From: Meyerozyma guilliermondii
Taxonomy: Eukaryota
Reading direction: 5' to 3'
DNA: 64,000 nt
Assembly (NCBI GenBank): GCA_051546255.1
Contig: CP128817.1
Span: 124,001-188,000 of the forward strand
Of the stretch, positions 42,578 through 53,145 are shown piece by piece. The notes beneath the pieces were generated by a model, which was given only the letters and a program-made list of their open reading frames with translations, was not told the origin of the DNA and made no database searches. The translations under genes and the position numbers were made by a program. How positions within the stretch are numbered: the stretch's first letter is position 1; each line of letters opens with the position of its first letter.

Positions 42578-43249
42578 ATGATTCAAAGATTCACTTGCGT
42601 CCCCGCCGAAGAATACGAGGCACTTGTCGTAACCAACGGTAGCGTCGACCAGGTAGAATCGAGTATATGCAAAATCAACGACCAATGTCATGATTTTACA
42701 AGGTGTACCATAGTGTATTTTGACAATTTGAGAGATCTTTTTACTCATTTGCAACATAATGAGAATACCACCTACCACGGAAAAGTTCTTTTCATGTTTT
42801 TCAATGGTCTTGAATACGTCCAAGAAATCCTTGGCGATCTCATTGACAACTACAATGACCGGTGGCAGCCACGGTCAATTCCCTACAACTATAGCTTGAC
42901 CCTGATCGTCAAAGCTGGCACCGACGCACAAGGTGCGGCTGCAAGATCTGGCACTGCTGCAAGCTGCATGGAGCGTCTTGATAATGCATATTTCTACTTT
43001 GACAGCTCTGTGTGCAACCAAGGAGATGCTGTCGATACCCTGTTTCTTTCCATCGTGTGCATTGCTCAAGATATATTGAAAAAATCAGCATACCTCATAG
43101 GCAGAATCCGGGGCCTTTTTATAGATGACGCAAATCTCGCGGGAGAAAGGGTTTATCCACTTCACAGTTTGTTCCGGAACTTTCCCGCTATTGAGCGAGT
43201 CGAGCTCACCAGCGCTGCCTCAGTAGCATTTAATGATTTGGTATTATGA
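42578..43249 (+). CDS. Hypothetical protein
   Basis: ATG at 42578, 223 aa, fills an otherwise empty gap; family not recognised. Confidence 0.5.
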   Translation: MIQRFTCVPAEEYEALVVTNGSVDQVESSICKINDQCHDFTRCTIVYFDNLRDLFTHLQHNENTTYHGKVLFMFFNGLEYVQEILGDLIDNYNDRWQPRSIPYNYSLTLIVKAGTDAQGAAARSGTAASCMERLDNAYFYFDSSVCNQGDAVDTLFLSIVCIAQDILKKSAYLIGRIRGLFIDDANLAGERVYPLHSLFRNFPAIERVELTSAASVAFNDLVL

Positions 43250-43359
43250 AGTTTGTATAGAACCCGAATAGGCAGGTTTTTCCGCATGTACGATAAGGCG
43301 CATCTACCTTCCACGAAATAAAGCTGTCAATTTTGCAGCACTTGCATCACTTTTTCTTT

Positions 43360-44412
43360 ATGTTTTATTTGATTCCAATTACGTTTTTGCTAATATCTGC
43401 GGTTCTCTGGCATATATATACAAGAAAGACACCACGGCTGATCCTACAAGATGTAAAACCCATCGATAGCACTTTTGACTGGAAATGTACTCCACGAAAG
43501 ATTCGACCATTTGTCGGAAAAAAAACTCACAATGTCACCATGGCTATTCAGAATATTGCCAAAGTGCCCGAGGACTGGCTTCTCCTTGAGAACACCTATC
43601 TCGATGCCACAAACCTCAGAAGAAAGTACTCGAAACAGTACGAAAACCACATCATGTTTGCTCACGATGATCCTAGAACTACCGCTGCAGTCCGGGAATT
43701 TTACGAATTGGCCATTGGGTTCATGTGCCAGAGGTATCCTCACTACTTTATGAAAAAGGGAAACATTGTCCACAATAGCATTAGACAGGAGAACATTCCC
43801 TTTCCAGGTGCTAACATAGAGCCCATACAATTGTTGAACATCTTGACATCGACTATAGAGGAAGATATTCTCATTATGCTCAAAGACGACCCACTGAACC
43901 CAGAAGAAGAGTACATACTCCGAGCCAATGTCACTGGATTTCCCGCCGGATTCGACCCTGCTCACAATTTCAACAAGCCAATTTCGTTCATTCACGATCC
44001 GGTGCCGCAATATAAGACGAAATTGAAGCTCTCTATGAAACGGTTTTTCAACAGGTTGGAGCCTACGGACCTTTGGATGAGGTACAATTGGTCCGTGCAA
44101 ACCCACAAGTCACATTTTAACCTAAACTCGAATCATGCCTATGGAGAAAAAGTAGAACAACTTTCCATCAACGATATCGATTTTGATCAAGGTGCTTTTC
44201 TTCGATGTGAAAGACAGGTTTTGACCCGACTTCCAAAGCTGCGTGCAAATATAATGACAGTACGTACTTATTTGACCCCATTGAAACAGATAAAGGAGGA
44301 AGGACTTGGAAGAGAGATGTGCATTGGAATTGATGGTCTTCCAGAAGACCTTGCTTATTATAAACGAAGAGACGCATGGGGCAAAGCCGTTAAAGAGTAC
44401 ATGAGTTCATAG
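43360..44412 (+). CDS. DUF3445 / HRQ (heme-dependent oxidative N-demethylase alpha-like) protein
   Basis: ATG at 43360; N-terminal TM, IRPF, RYPHYF, EEDILI, FPAGFDP, IHDPVPQY, RYNWSVQ, LRCERQVLTRLP, RTYLTPL. Confidence 0.85.
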   Translation: MFYLIPITFLLISAVLWHIYTRKTPRLILQDVKPIDSTFDWKCTPRKIRPFVGKKTHNVTMAIQNIAKVPEDWLLLENTYLDATNLRRKYSKQYENHIMFAHDDPRTTAAVREFYELAIGFMCQRYPHYFMKKGNIVHNSIRQENIPFPGANIEPIQLLNILTSTIEEDILIMLKDDPLNPEEEYILRANVTGFPAGFDPAHNFNKPISFIHDPVPQYKTKLKLSMKRFFNRLEPTDLWMRYNWSVQTHKSHFNLNSNHAYGEKVEQLSINDIDFDQGAFLRCERQVLTRLPKLRANIMTVRTYLTPLKQIKEEGLGREMCIGIDGLPEDLAYYKRRDAWGKAVKEYMSS

Positions 44413-44441
44413 CATGAGTTCATATATTCAATATAGCCTTT

Positions 44442-46403
44442 TTACTCCTTCAAGGTAACATAGTTTGCAGGGAACAAACCCACCTCACCAGTAACTGAAT
44501 GCTTGCCGCTCCACCAGTCCTCATCGACAAATTCAATCTCTACAATTAAGTCCCCTTCGTCGAACCCAATCTCGTTGTCCTCGTCTTTCTCGTACTTGTA
44601 CTCGGCAATAGCGGTGGCTCCCTTTGTTTCCGGTTCTCCACCAGCATTTTCAGCGCCACCAGTTTCTTCAGCTCCACCATCTTGCCGTTTGACATATGTT
44701 GCGGGAAAGAGACCCACCTCTCCTGTCTTGGAATGCTTGCCCGACCACCACTCGGTGTCCACAAAATCGATCTCAACAATAAGGTCTCCTTCCTTGAAAC
44801 CAAGCTCGTTATCTTCTTCTTTCTCGTAGTCGTACTCAGCCACGGCGGTAGCACCCTTTGCTGCTGCTGGAGCGGTCTCCGGTTCAGGTTGAGAACGAGA
44901 GGGCAACGATGGAGCAGCAGTTTCCCGCTGAGGAGGCGGAGGAAGGTTACGAGCTGGCAAAGATGTCTGCTCTTCAGGTTCTTCAGGTTCTTCCTCGGGC
45001 TCTGCCTGTTCTTCTTTATCAGGTTCATCTTCTTGTTGAACTGGAACATTTCTCACAGGTGGTGGAGGAAGGTTGCGAGCTGGAGCAGGAGGCAAGTTAC
45101 GAGCAGGAGCCGGAGGCAAGCTACGGGCAGGAGCAGCCGGTGGTTCTTCGTCATGTTCGTCTTCTTCATGATCTTCGTGTGTCTCAGGTTCTTCCTCCTC
45201 TTCCTCTTCCTCCTCCTTCTTTGCTGACGGTTTATACAACTGAGGCTCTTCCACCGAGTCGTCAATTGAAGTCTTTGCAAAGCGATCCTCCAATTTAGTG
45301 GAATCTGGAGAAACAGACTTTTGTCCTCTTTTTTCAGCCCATATCTGGGCCGGTGTCTTGCCGCCTTCAACAGCAAAGTTTCTAGAAACACCTCCTACAA
45401 TTTTATCATTCTTGTTGATAACGGGACTTCCAAACGTGGGCTTTGACCCAAAAGCAGGCGCACTGCCCTTCAGCTCTGTTGGGTTATAGCGAGAAGCCAC
45501 AGAGTGACTAATTTTAGGCTTTGGTAAAGACGATAAACGACCATCCTCGTTGGCTTGATACGACTTCATACGCTCCGACAAAGGTTTTGAAGTGGCATCG
45601 TTGCCGGAATCAGACTCATTAATTGAAGACTTTTTGGGCTGCGAAGAAATGGTATCGGACTTTTGTTTGCGCAATTCGTTGATATCCACCTTGGTGGGTT
45701 TATAAGCCGAAGGAACCGAATCAAGCGGTTGAGTCTCAAAGTCACGCTCTTCAATTTCCTTAGCGTCTCCCCAGCCATCGTCGGCATCTTGTTTTGCAGC
45801 TGGTTTCGCTACAGCTGGTTTGGGCACAATTGGCTTTGGTCCAGAAGGTCCAGCTCCCACTGGTTTTCCGGTCGATTTGGGCACAAAGCTAGGCTTTGCA
45901 ACACTGGGCTTTGCAACAGAAGGCTTTGCAGCCACCGGTTTGGGAGCAGAAACTGGCTTGGAGGAAGAACCAGTAGAGCCAGAGTAACCAGCACCAGCAG
46001 CCGCTCTAACACGAGCCATGAAATCGTCCACGTCCAAGTCGTCCTGGTCACGAGCAGTGATCTGGACATGATAACCACTCAAAACACGAGCAACTTCGGC
46101 AAAATTACTGGCAAATGATAACCGGGATTTGGTGGGTGCATTATCGGGACACCATCCAATCAACAAGTTTTTAAAAACGTCTGACCCGGGTACAGAAACA
46201 CGCGCCAAGCCGAATTGAACCTGACCATCGGTGAAATTCTCGACAAAGTCGTCCAATGAGCCATCGCCAGTGGCTGATACTTCAACGGTCAGCAGCTTGT
46301 TTACTGAATATACCACATAAGAAGTTCCAGGAGTACCTCTCACTACCTTGTCGTAGGCTTCCTGGATGCTTCGAGATTGCGACGAGAGATCGAGTTTTTC
46401 CAT
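44442..46403 (-). CDS. ABP1: Actin-binding protein 1 (ADF-H plus two SH3 domains)
   Basis: ATG at 46403; GWCPDNAP, YHVQITARD.DDL, GKTPAQIWAEKR, Pro-rich region, two C-terminal SH3. Confidence 0.95.
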   Translation of the reverse strand: MEKLDLSSQSRSIQEAYDKVVRGTPGTSYVVYSVNKLLTVEVSATGDGSLDDFVENFTDGQVQFGLARVSVPGSDVFKNLLIGWCPDNAPTKSRLSFASNFAEVARVLSGYHVQITARDQDDLDVDDFMARVRAAAGAGYSGSTGSSSKPVSAPKPVAAKPSVAKPSVAKPSFVPKSTGKPVGAGPSGPKPIVPKPAVAKPAAKQDADDGWGDAKEIEERDFETQPLDSVPSAYKPTKVDINELRKQKSDTISSQPKKSSINESDSGNDATSKPLSERMKSYQANEDGRLSSLPKPKISHSVASRYNPTELKGSAPAFGSKPTFGSPVINKNDKIVGGVSRNFAVEGGKTPAQIWAEKRGQKSVSPDSTKLEDRFAKTSIDDSVEEPQLYKPSAKKEEEEEEEEEPETHEDHEEDEHDEEPPAAPARSLPPAPARNLPPAPARNLPPPPVRNVPVQQEDEPDKEEQAEPEEEPEEPEEQTSLPARNLPPPPQRETAAPSLPSRSQPEPETAPAAAKGATAVAEYDYEKEEDNELGFKEGDLIVEIDFVDTEWWSGKHSKTGEVGLFPATYVKRQDGGAEETGGAENAGGEPETKGATAIAEYKYEKDEDNEIGFDEGDLIVEIEFVDEDWWSGKHSVTGEVGLFPANYVTLKE

Positions 46404-46825
46404 GATGGTGCAATTGAGATATCTGGTCGCTATGGAGACTCGGTGGGGGGATTTATTGCTATTTATACCGACGCGCGCCTGCATACTTGGTCACAGGAGA
46501 TGGACATTGAGGCGAAGAATAGGGGAGAGAAATGATACCAAAATTTGTCATTGTGAAGTAAATGATGAATTCTTCAGCTCTGGATGCGCCGGTCATTTAT
46601 ATTTTTTCTTTTCTGCAGCAGAGAGAGTCATGCAAAGCTTTGCAACCGGTCACTCTGCAGAGCCGGCAGTAGATAAAGTCAATGAGTCCTAATGGTTCAG
46701 TGACCAATGTGCCCCAATTTCCCAAGTGTTCCTTGCCCAATTCTTCAGTTTACGCCGTGTTTTCCTGAAATCGGCAAATCTGGTCCTCAAAAAAATAATT
46801 CACTCTACCTTAAATTAACTCTACC

Positions 46826-47131
46826 TCACTTCACCAATGCATACACCAAACACCACATCATCACATATCCCGCCAAATTGCCGAGGATTCCATCGACAAA
46901 GATCTCCTGGACCGGCTTGCGAAAGTAGGCACTGGGTCGTCCTTCACAGACAAATATATAGAACACGACGTTGGTCAATGTGAGCCCAGCGGTATACATT
47001 AAAAAGCCCCATATAGACTCAAGCGTCAACACACCGGCTCCCACACCAAGCACCAAGCTCATAACATCGTGGACGTGCTGGAGCTTCTTTTTGTTGATGT
47101 CCACATTGGGACCATAGATCACTTGTTCCAT
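46826..47131 (-). CDS. EMC6: ER membrane complex subunit 6
   Basis: ATG at 47131; N...NKKKL..V.D..SL..G..AGVL.LES..GF, GYVMMWCLVYALV. Confidence 0.9.
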   Translation of the reverse strand: MEQVIYGPNVDINKKKLQHVHDVMSLVLGVGAGVLTLESIWGFLMYTAGLTLTNVVFYIFVCEGRPSAYFRKPVQEIFVDGILGNLAGYVMMWCLVYALVK

Positions 47132-47254
47132 CGTGCGGTCGCACTCGTTAGCAGCGAAGTTAATCCAGATAGAGTGCAAGTGCACCGGTGCACCGGTGCT
47201 GGCGACTGCGCGGCGGCGATAGATTTTGCCATCCCCACAAGTATTTGCCTCCAC

Positions 47255-50200
47255 ATGGAAACCACCCAATTCACTATGGTGGACGATACCGCTCTGCAGA
47301 CTACAAGCACAAATGCAAATTGCGGTAGGCTCAAAAGGTTTCTTTTTCGAACCCCTCAAGCCAGCAATTTTAAGTTCTCGTCAAACACTCGAACCGAGAT
47401 TCGAAAACAGATCTTCCTATCTGTGTCCAACGAAGGCCAATTTCTCGACTATTTCTTCCCCAATACACCCCTTGAGCTGAAAGCAGAACCTCACTTGTCC
47501 CAAGAGCTCGCAAAGGTGGTGGATACAGAATATGAATGGCTCTTCTCCAAGTACTTCAAGAGCATGTTGCAACTTCGCGATCCAAAGCTAGATACCCACA
47601 ACCACCATGCTTTTCATGCCAATGCGCCGTGTGCCCGTATATTTCGCAAGGGAGAACCGATATACAAGTGCTTGACGTGTGGGTTTGACGATACCTGTGC
47701 TCTTTGTTCTCATTGCTACCAGCCTGATTTTCACGAGGGTCACAAGGTCCATCTAACTATATGCCAGCGCGAGAACGGCGGTGTTTGTGACTGCGGTGAT
47801 CCCGAAGCATGGGTGAAGGAGTTCTCTTGTCCCTATGCCGATGCTTCAGCACTTCCGCCCGTGAAAGAGATTCCTGACAAGTTGGCAGAGTCAATCTTGG
47901 CGACGCTTGAGACCCTCTTGGACTACATAATCGACGTCATGTGCCATTCCAGCTTTGAGTACGACCCAGAAGAAGATTTCATACAGAGCACAGAAACCTT
48001 TCGGCTCGATCCATCTCACTATGCATTTCTTTCCGACGCCAATATCCATGACTTCAACCCTGACAAATACTACTTGATGGCCCACAATGACCAGGTTCGT
48101 CACTATAGAGATGCAATGGAGCGAATACACCTCACAAGTAAGAAAACCCCTCAATTTGCTCGCATGGTGACCGACAGAGTACAAACCTATGGCAAAGCCA
48201 AAGTTATTAGCTCCAGTAACATATCCATATTGAAGGAGCGACAAAAGATGTTGAGCTCAACCGGCCTTGCCACGTCAATACGGTCAGCTAGGGACGTTTT
48301 CAGGGAAGATATGTGCGACGAAATCTTGATTTGGTTGAATGATTTCACCGAATGTGACTTGTTTAAAACAAATAATAGAGTCAAAGACTTGTTTTGCCGA
48401 GCGTTTTGCGGTCGCTGGAAATGCGGCATTCCCCAATTTGCTAATGATACCGATCTCGAGCTAGATGCTACGGCTTTGGGGAATGAATATACCGTCGGCA
48501 ACCTTGATTCCAGGTTAATGATTCCCAAGGTTCCATCCCTTAATACTTCAACTAATCCTACAAAGGCTCACTGGTCGTTCCAACCGTCACCATGGAATCT
48601 AGACGAGCAAATATCCATTCAATGTGATTACAACCTTAATACTGACGACTATGACCCATCTCGCAGCCATCGAGGATCACGACTCCAGTACCTTTTATAC
48701 TTAGACATAAGGTTCTGGAAATCGATCCGTACCATGCTTCATGACATGTATTCCAATGCATTAATCACAAATCTACACTACAAAAATATCGTCTGCTGTC
48801 AATACGTGGACATTTATCCTGCTATTGCGGATATGTACTTGACCATTGATAGGGAACCAGAGATCAATATAATGTGCACCCTCGCCACTCAATTGTTTAC
48901 TTGTCCCACAAACTCAACTTCCATTGTTCAACACGGAGATGTGTCGCGAATTTTTGCAGCAATCTTTGGTTTCCTTACAGTTGAGCATATAATATCTCCG
49001 CTGGACGTTGATCTTTCACGTGAAGTGTCCCTCAAGAGCTTGAAGAATAGGAGATGGGGTCAGATTTTCTTCGATATTGGGTATATTTTGAGTCGAAGTA
49101 AGGATTCAAAAACGATTCTTACAAGCGACATCGTACCAATGGCATGCGATATACTTGCTTTATTTCAGGGCACTCCTGTCATGAAACGTGAGAGCAAAGT
49201 TCATGTTGAGTATGAAAGCCCTGATTATTCTGCGTTCTTCTTTGCCATTGTTGTCATCTACCAGTTTGCAGAATACATTGCCCATTGCTTAAACAATTTG
49301 ACCGAATTAGAAGCAGAACGAAGGAAATGGATATTTGAAAATGTTTTGTCATACGTGATAAGGTTTCTTATAAAAATTGAAACTGGACTATATCCGCATT
49401 CGAGCCAAAAATTGGTTGACGTGAAGATCACCAGAGACAAATTTGTACCAGAAGTATCGACTGATGGATTTGTTTTGCAAAACTATCGTATCGATAAAGA
49501 AAAAGTTAGTTTCCTTCACCCTTTGCATTCCTTCCTTTCTTGGTTGATAGAACTTTCTCGCTTCGAAAACCCTGAAGAGCTTCAAAGAATTATCAGACTG
49601 GCTCTTGACTCAATTCCTTCTGGACTGGCACATCCAGGGTATAAGCAGTATCTCACTAGTTTATTTGAGTACCCATTGCGAACTATTGTTTTGATGTCAC
49701 AAATCAAGGCGGGTTTGTGGGTCAGAAACGGATTTAGTGTGAGAACCCAGCTACAACTTTATTCAAATTCAGGACTCAGAGAAACCGGGTATCTTAGAGA
49801 CTTGTTTTTGACGCAAGTATTTGTAAGTTCAACCTCCCCAGATTTGTCTTGCAATTTGATACTAAACCGTTGGCTATTTGACGACCATTGGAGTATCACA
49901 CAAGTGCAAGACCAAGATGAAGACGATGAATTTCCATATGAGCCGAAAATACTCCCTTATATGCTTGAAGAATGTGTGGGTTTCCTCATTAACGTTCAAA
50001 CGGAGACCCTTTATCTTCGTGGACTTCGCGGTGAAGAAGTTACTAATATTCGACTTCAAAATGAAATCATCCACAATTTGTGCTTTTCACCTATAAGCTA
50101 CACAAAACTATGTTCACAAATTCCTGACCACGTAACCTCAGAAAAGCGCTTTGACTTGGTTCTTGATGAGCTTTCAAACTTCACACCTCCAATACAAAGC

Positions 50201-53062
50201 AATGACACCGGCGTATACAAGCTCAAAGAGAAGTATATGAATTGTGTGAATCCTTACTATTTCAACTATTCTGCCAACACCAGAGATGATGCCATGAAGT
50301 TTGTAAAAGATCGGATTCACAAGAAGACTGGCAAACCCAAGTCAGAAGTTGTTATTGAACCACAAAAGTGCGGTGAGTGCTTGGGAACCTATCAGTATAT
50401 TGGAAATTTTGCTGCTTCAGCACAGTTTTCCAAGTTCCTAGTCAAAATTCTTCATTATGTGACAAATGAAGAACCCAACAAGAACGAGAGTCTAATAGAA
50501 AGCACTCTTCATCTCATCCATATATGCTCCATGGAACATCTCATAAATACCGAATCTTACGGAGGGTTTTATATCCATGCAGCAAAGAAGCACGATGAAT
50601 ATGACTCTTCTGTTATACTGGCAATGTATAATCTTTTGTGCATGGAGAACGCAAAGAGATTTCACTGCAAAATCAGAAGAATATTTCAAATAATGCACGA
50701 GAAATGTGGAAAGTTGGTGGGCGATTTACTGAGTCAAATTATTCTGTTCAACGAATCCATTCTCGTTATGAATGAAAATGACTCTTATATTGAGAACGAG
50801 TACGAGACGAAGAAGAAAATGGCGAAAGAAAGGCAACGCAAACTTATGGAAAAATTCAAGAAGCAGCAATCGCTGTTCTTGAAGAATCATGAAGGTGAAG
50901 GATCGGCGTCAAGTGACATGGAAATGGAGGACCTTGACACGGAACAGGGCTGGAAGTTTCCTGAGCCTCACTGTTTGTTGTGTCAAAATGCGCTGGAAGA
51001 CGCTGGCCCATTCGGAATCATAACCTATATTACGAAGTCTTCAGAGTTTAGGGAAGTACCATTTAATGATCCCTACTGGTTCTTTAAATCATTTTCGGAC
51101 AGTGAAAACTTGAACGAAAATGAAACAGGAAACTCAAATTTGTTTTCAAGGAAGTGGGTAGACTTTATGAATCAAATCAAACAGGATCATGTTATTGGTC
51201 CCGGATTCACCAAAGGGGCCGTGGACAGCAAGCTCGTTTCCACCAGCTGTGGACACGGAATGCATTTCCAGTGTTATCTCAACTACATTGCTTCTAACAA
51301 CAACAAACAAAATCAAATAACAAGAAATGCCCCAGAGACTGTCGAACACAAGGAATTTCTTTGCCCTTTATGCAAAGCAATCAATAACATGTTCTTCCCA
51401 ATCCTTTGGACACCCAATAGGAGAAGCTTCGCGGATTTTGTGAAACCTTCAGAATACGTACAATTTGGTTCGTTACATGATAGAGTTCCCTGGACATTCT
51501 CGCCGTTCGACATGTTGGAAAAAGTTGGGTACGAGCAAAGTTGGTTTAATTCTTTTTGCGAGCTAGCTCGTCGGGATATCAGCGACATCAACTCATTAAC
51601 CGAAGAAGCAAAGACAATTATCGCGAGCAACGGAACAACAGTGACACCTGAACAACAACAATTTAGAGCATTATTGTCCAATATGTTTCAGGTTCTATCG
51701 CTTCTTACATTTCCTCATATTTTCAAGGCAGACTCCACGATAATGTTGGTGAATAGTATCAAGTCCACTGAAATCAGCTTGCGAGGTACGCAAGCACCCA
51801 ATGGTTTGGTTTTTTCTCAACTATCAAATAACTCTTTGATCAACTTGCGGACGTTGAATGAGTTCCGCAATACCAGTTTGCTCATGAAAACACAAAACTG
51901 GATTCATAGTCCAAAGCCCAGAAACGACGCATACGTGAAGGTTCTCGCGCAGTTGCTTTTGCTCTCATCGCTGAAAGTGAATAATGCTATCTTAGAGAAG
52001 GATTTCTTTGAGCTCCTTGTTAGTGTTGTTCCGCTTCGTTCGACCGAATTTTCATTCAATACCTTGTTGAGAACGTGCTATTTCTGCCATATCATTCAAT
52101 GTTTCAACTTATTAGTAATTGAAGTTGTGTCCAAAAATTTCTACATGACTCTGGGGATCTCAATTTTGGATATTCCCGTCATCCACGATATTTCGGAAGA
52201 GACTGCTTTAAGGGTTCTTTCACTATACGAAAAGGTTAAGCTCAACCATACAGAGTTAACGGGATCGAATTCGAGCATAGAGGAAAATCCCCTTTTTGGC
52301 AAGGTTTTGTACTCTATGCTCATCAAGTCAGTGACCCCCTTTTTACGCCAATCAGCTATCTATGCGTTTGTGTATTGTTCCGACATCGATAACATAAATG
52401 TGTCAGAAGACATCAAGATTGAAGCAGAAATGCTCACTTCAGTTTTGCAAATTGATAGCATTGATTTGCTTTTGCGCAAAATGAACGGAGAAATTGACTC
52501 ATTTGAACTGGATAGATTCATGAAGTTCTTGTCATACATCAAGAACACTTCTCCTGCTCTTGAAACTGTCAACCTCAAAAAGTCATTAGAGTATCCAGGA
52601 GTTGTTCTGTTGGCAGACCTACCTGAACGTCTAGACCATTTTTTCACAAAGTACTACTATCTGGACAAGTATGATAATCCTCATATGACAATAGAGGACC
52701 CAGCAGTCTGCTTATTCTGTGGAGACGTGGTGGATGCTCAAAAGCCGGCTGTAGGTTGCAAAGAAGGTCAGTGTACTACTCATTTCTTAAAAGAATGCGC
52801 CAACAACTTTGGTATTTTTTTGCTTCCAAAGGAGCGTTGCTTATTACTATTGCATAAAAATGGAGGCTCATTCCACACTGCTCCATTCCTTGATCTGCAT
52901 GGTGAACTTCCTGCCGAAAGCAAACGCAGTAAGACCCTTTATTTAATGAAGCCACGATACAATGATTTCATTCGAAACGTCTGGTTACTGCATAACATTC
53001 CAAACTACATTGCCAGAAGGATCGATAGTGTTGTCGATGCCGGAGGATGGGATACATTGTAG
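47255..53062 (+). CDS. UBR2: UBR-box / RING-H2 E3 ubiquitin ligase, paralog A
   Basis: Start at ATG 47255 or 47276; UBR box CARIFRKGEPIYKC...CDCGDPEAW, GLWVRNG, CGHGMHFQC...EFLCPLCK, ends GGWDTL; symbol tentative. Confidence 0.85.
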   Translation: METTQFTMVDDTALQTTSTNANCGRLKRFLFRTPQASNFKFSSNTRTEIRKQIFLSVSNEGQFLDYFFPNTPLELKAEPHLSQELAKVVDTEYEWLFSKYFKSMLQLRDPKLDTHNHHAFHANAPCARIFRKGEPIYKCLTCGFDDTCALCSHCYQPDFHEGHKVHLTICQRENGGVCDCGDPEAWVKEFSCPYADASALPPVKEIPDKLAESILATLETLLDYIIDVMCHSSFEYDPEEDFIQSTETFRLDPSHYAFLSDANIHDFNPDKYYLMAHNDQVRHYRDAMERIHLTSKKTPQFARMVTDRVQTYGKAKVISSSNISILKERQKMLSSTGLATSIRSARDVFREDMCDEILIWLNDFTECDLFKTNNRVKDLFCRAFCGRWKCGIPQFANDTDLELDATALGNEYTVGNLDSRLMIPKVPSLNTSTNPTKAHWSFQPSPWNLDEQISIQCDYNLNTDDYDPSRSHRGSRLQYLLYLDIRFWKSIRTMLHDMYSNALITNLHYKNIVCCQYVDIYPAIADMYLTIDREPEINIMCTLATQLFTCPTNSTSIVQHGDVSRIFAAIFGFLTVEHIISPLDVDLSREVSLKSLKNRRWGQIFFDIGYILSRSKDSKTILTSDIVPMACDILALFQGTPVMKRESKVHVEYESPDYSAFFFAIVVIYQFAEYIAHCLNNLTELEAERRKWIFENVLSYVIRFLIKIETGLYPHSSQKLVDVKITRDKFVPEVSTDGFVLQNYRIDKEKVSFLHPLHSFLSWLIELSRFENPEELQRIIRLALDSIPSGLAHPGYKQYLTSLFEYPLRTIVLMSQIKAGLWVRNGFSVRTQLQLYSNSGLRETGYLRDLFLTQVFVSSTSPDLSCNLILNRWLFDDHWSITQVQDQDEDDEFPYEPKILPYMLEECVGFLINVQTETLYLRGLRGEEVTNIRLQNEIIHNLCFSPISYTKLCSQIPDHVTSEKRFDLVLDELSNFTPPIQSNDTGVYKLKEKYMNCVNPYYFNYSANTRDDAMKFVKDRIHKKTGKPKSEVVIEPQKCGECLGTYQYIGNFAASAQFSKFLVKILHYVTNEEPNKNESLIESTLHLIHICSMEHLINTESYGGFYIHAAKKHDEYDSSVILAMYNLLCMENAKRFHCKIRRIFQIMHEKCGKLVGDLLSQIILFNESILVMNENDSYIENEYETKKKMAKERQRKLMEKFKKQQSLFLKNHEGEGSASSDMEMEDLDTEQGWKFPEPHCLLCQNALEDAGPFGIITYITKSSEFREVPFNDPYWFFKSFSDSENLNENETGNSNLFSRKWVDFMNQIKQDHVIGPGFTKGAVDSKLVSTSCGHGMHFQCYLNYIASNNNKQNQITRNAPETVEHKEFLCPLCKAINNMFFPILWTPNRRSFADFVKPSEYVQFGSLHDRVPWTFSPFDMLEKVGYEQSWFNSFCELARRDISDINSLTEEAKTIIASNGTTVTPEQQQFRALLSNMFQVLSLLTFPHIFKADSTIMLVNSIKSTEISLRGTQAPNGLVFSQLSNNSLINLRTLNEFRNTSLLMKTQNWIHSPKPRNDAYVKVLAQLLLLSSLKVNNAILEKDFFELLVSVVPLRSTEFSFNTLLRTCYFCHIIQCFNLLVIEVVSKNFYMTLGISILDIPVIHDISEETALRVLSLYEKVKLNHTELTGSNSSIEENPLFGKVLYSMLIKSVTPFLRQSAIYAFVYCSDIDNINVSEDIKIEAEMLTSVLQIDSIDLLLRKMNGEIDSFELDRFMKFLSYIKNTSPALETVNLKKSLEYPGVVLLADLPERLDHFFTKYYYLDKYDNPHMTIEDPAVCLFCGDVVDAQKPAVGCKEGQCTTHFLKECANNFGIFLLPKERCLLLLHKNGGSFHTAPFLDLHGELPAESKRSKTLYLMKPRYNDFIRNVWLLHNIPNYIARRIDSVVDAGGWDTL

Positions 53063-53145
53063 CTCTATATTGTCAATACTATACCTTAATATCACACCGT
53101 ATGCTAAATAATAACTCATATGAGGTCAATTCATTTGTCGTTTAC

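Noticed and set aside
47069..47359. Apparent overlap of the UBR ORF and an extended EMC6 ORF
   Set aside because: Produced by the track's alternative start codons; with ATG starts (47131 and 47255/47276) the genes are simply divergent
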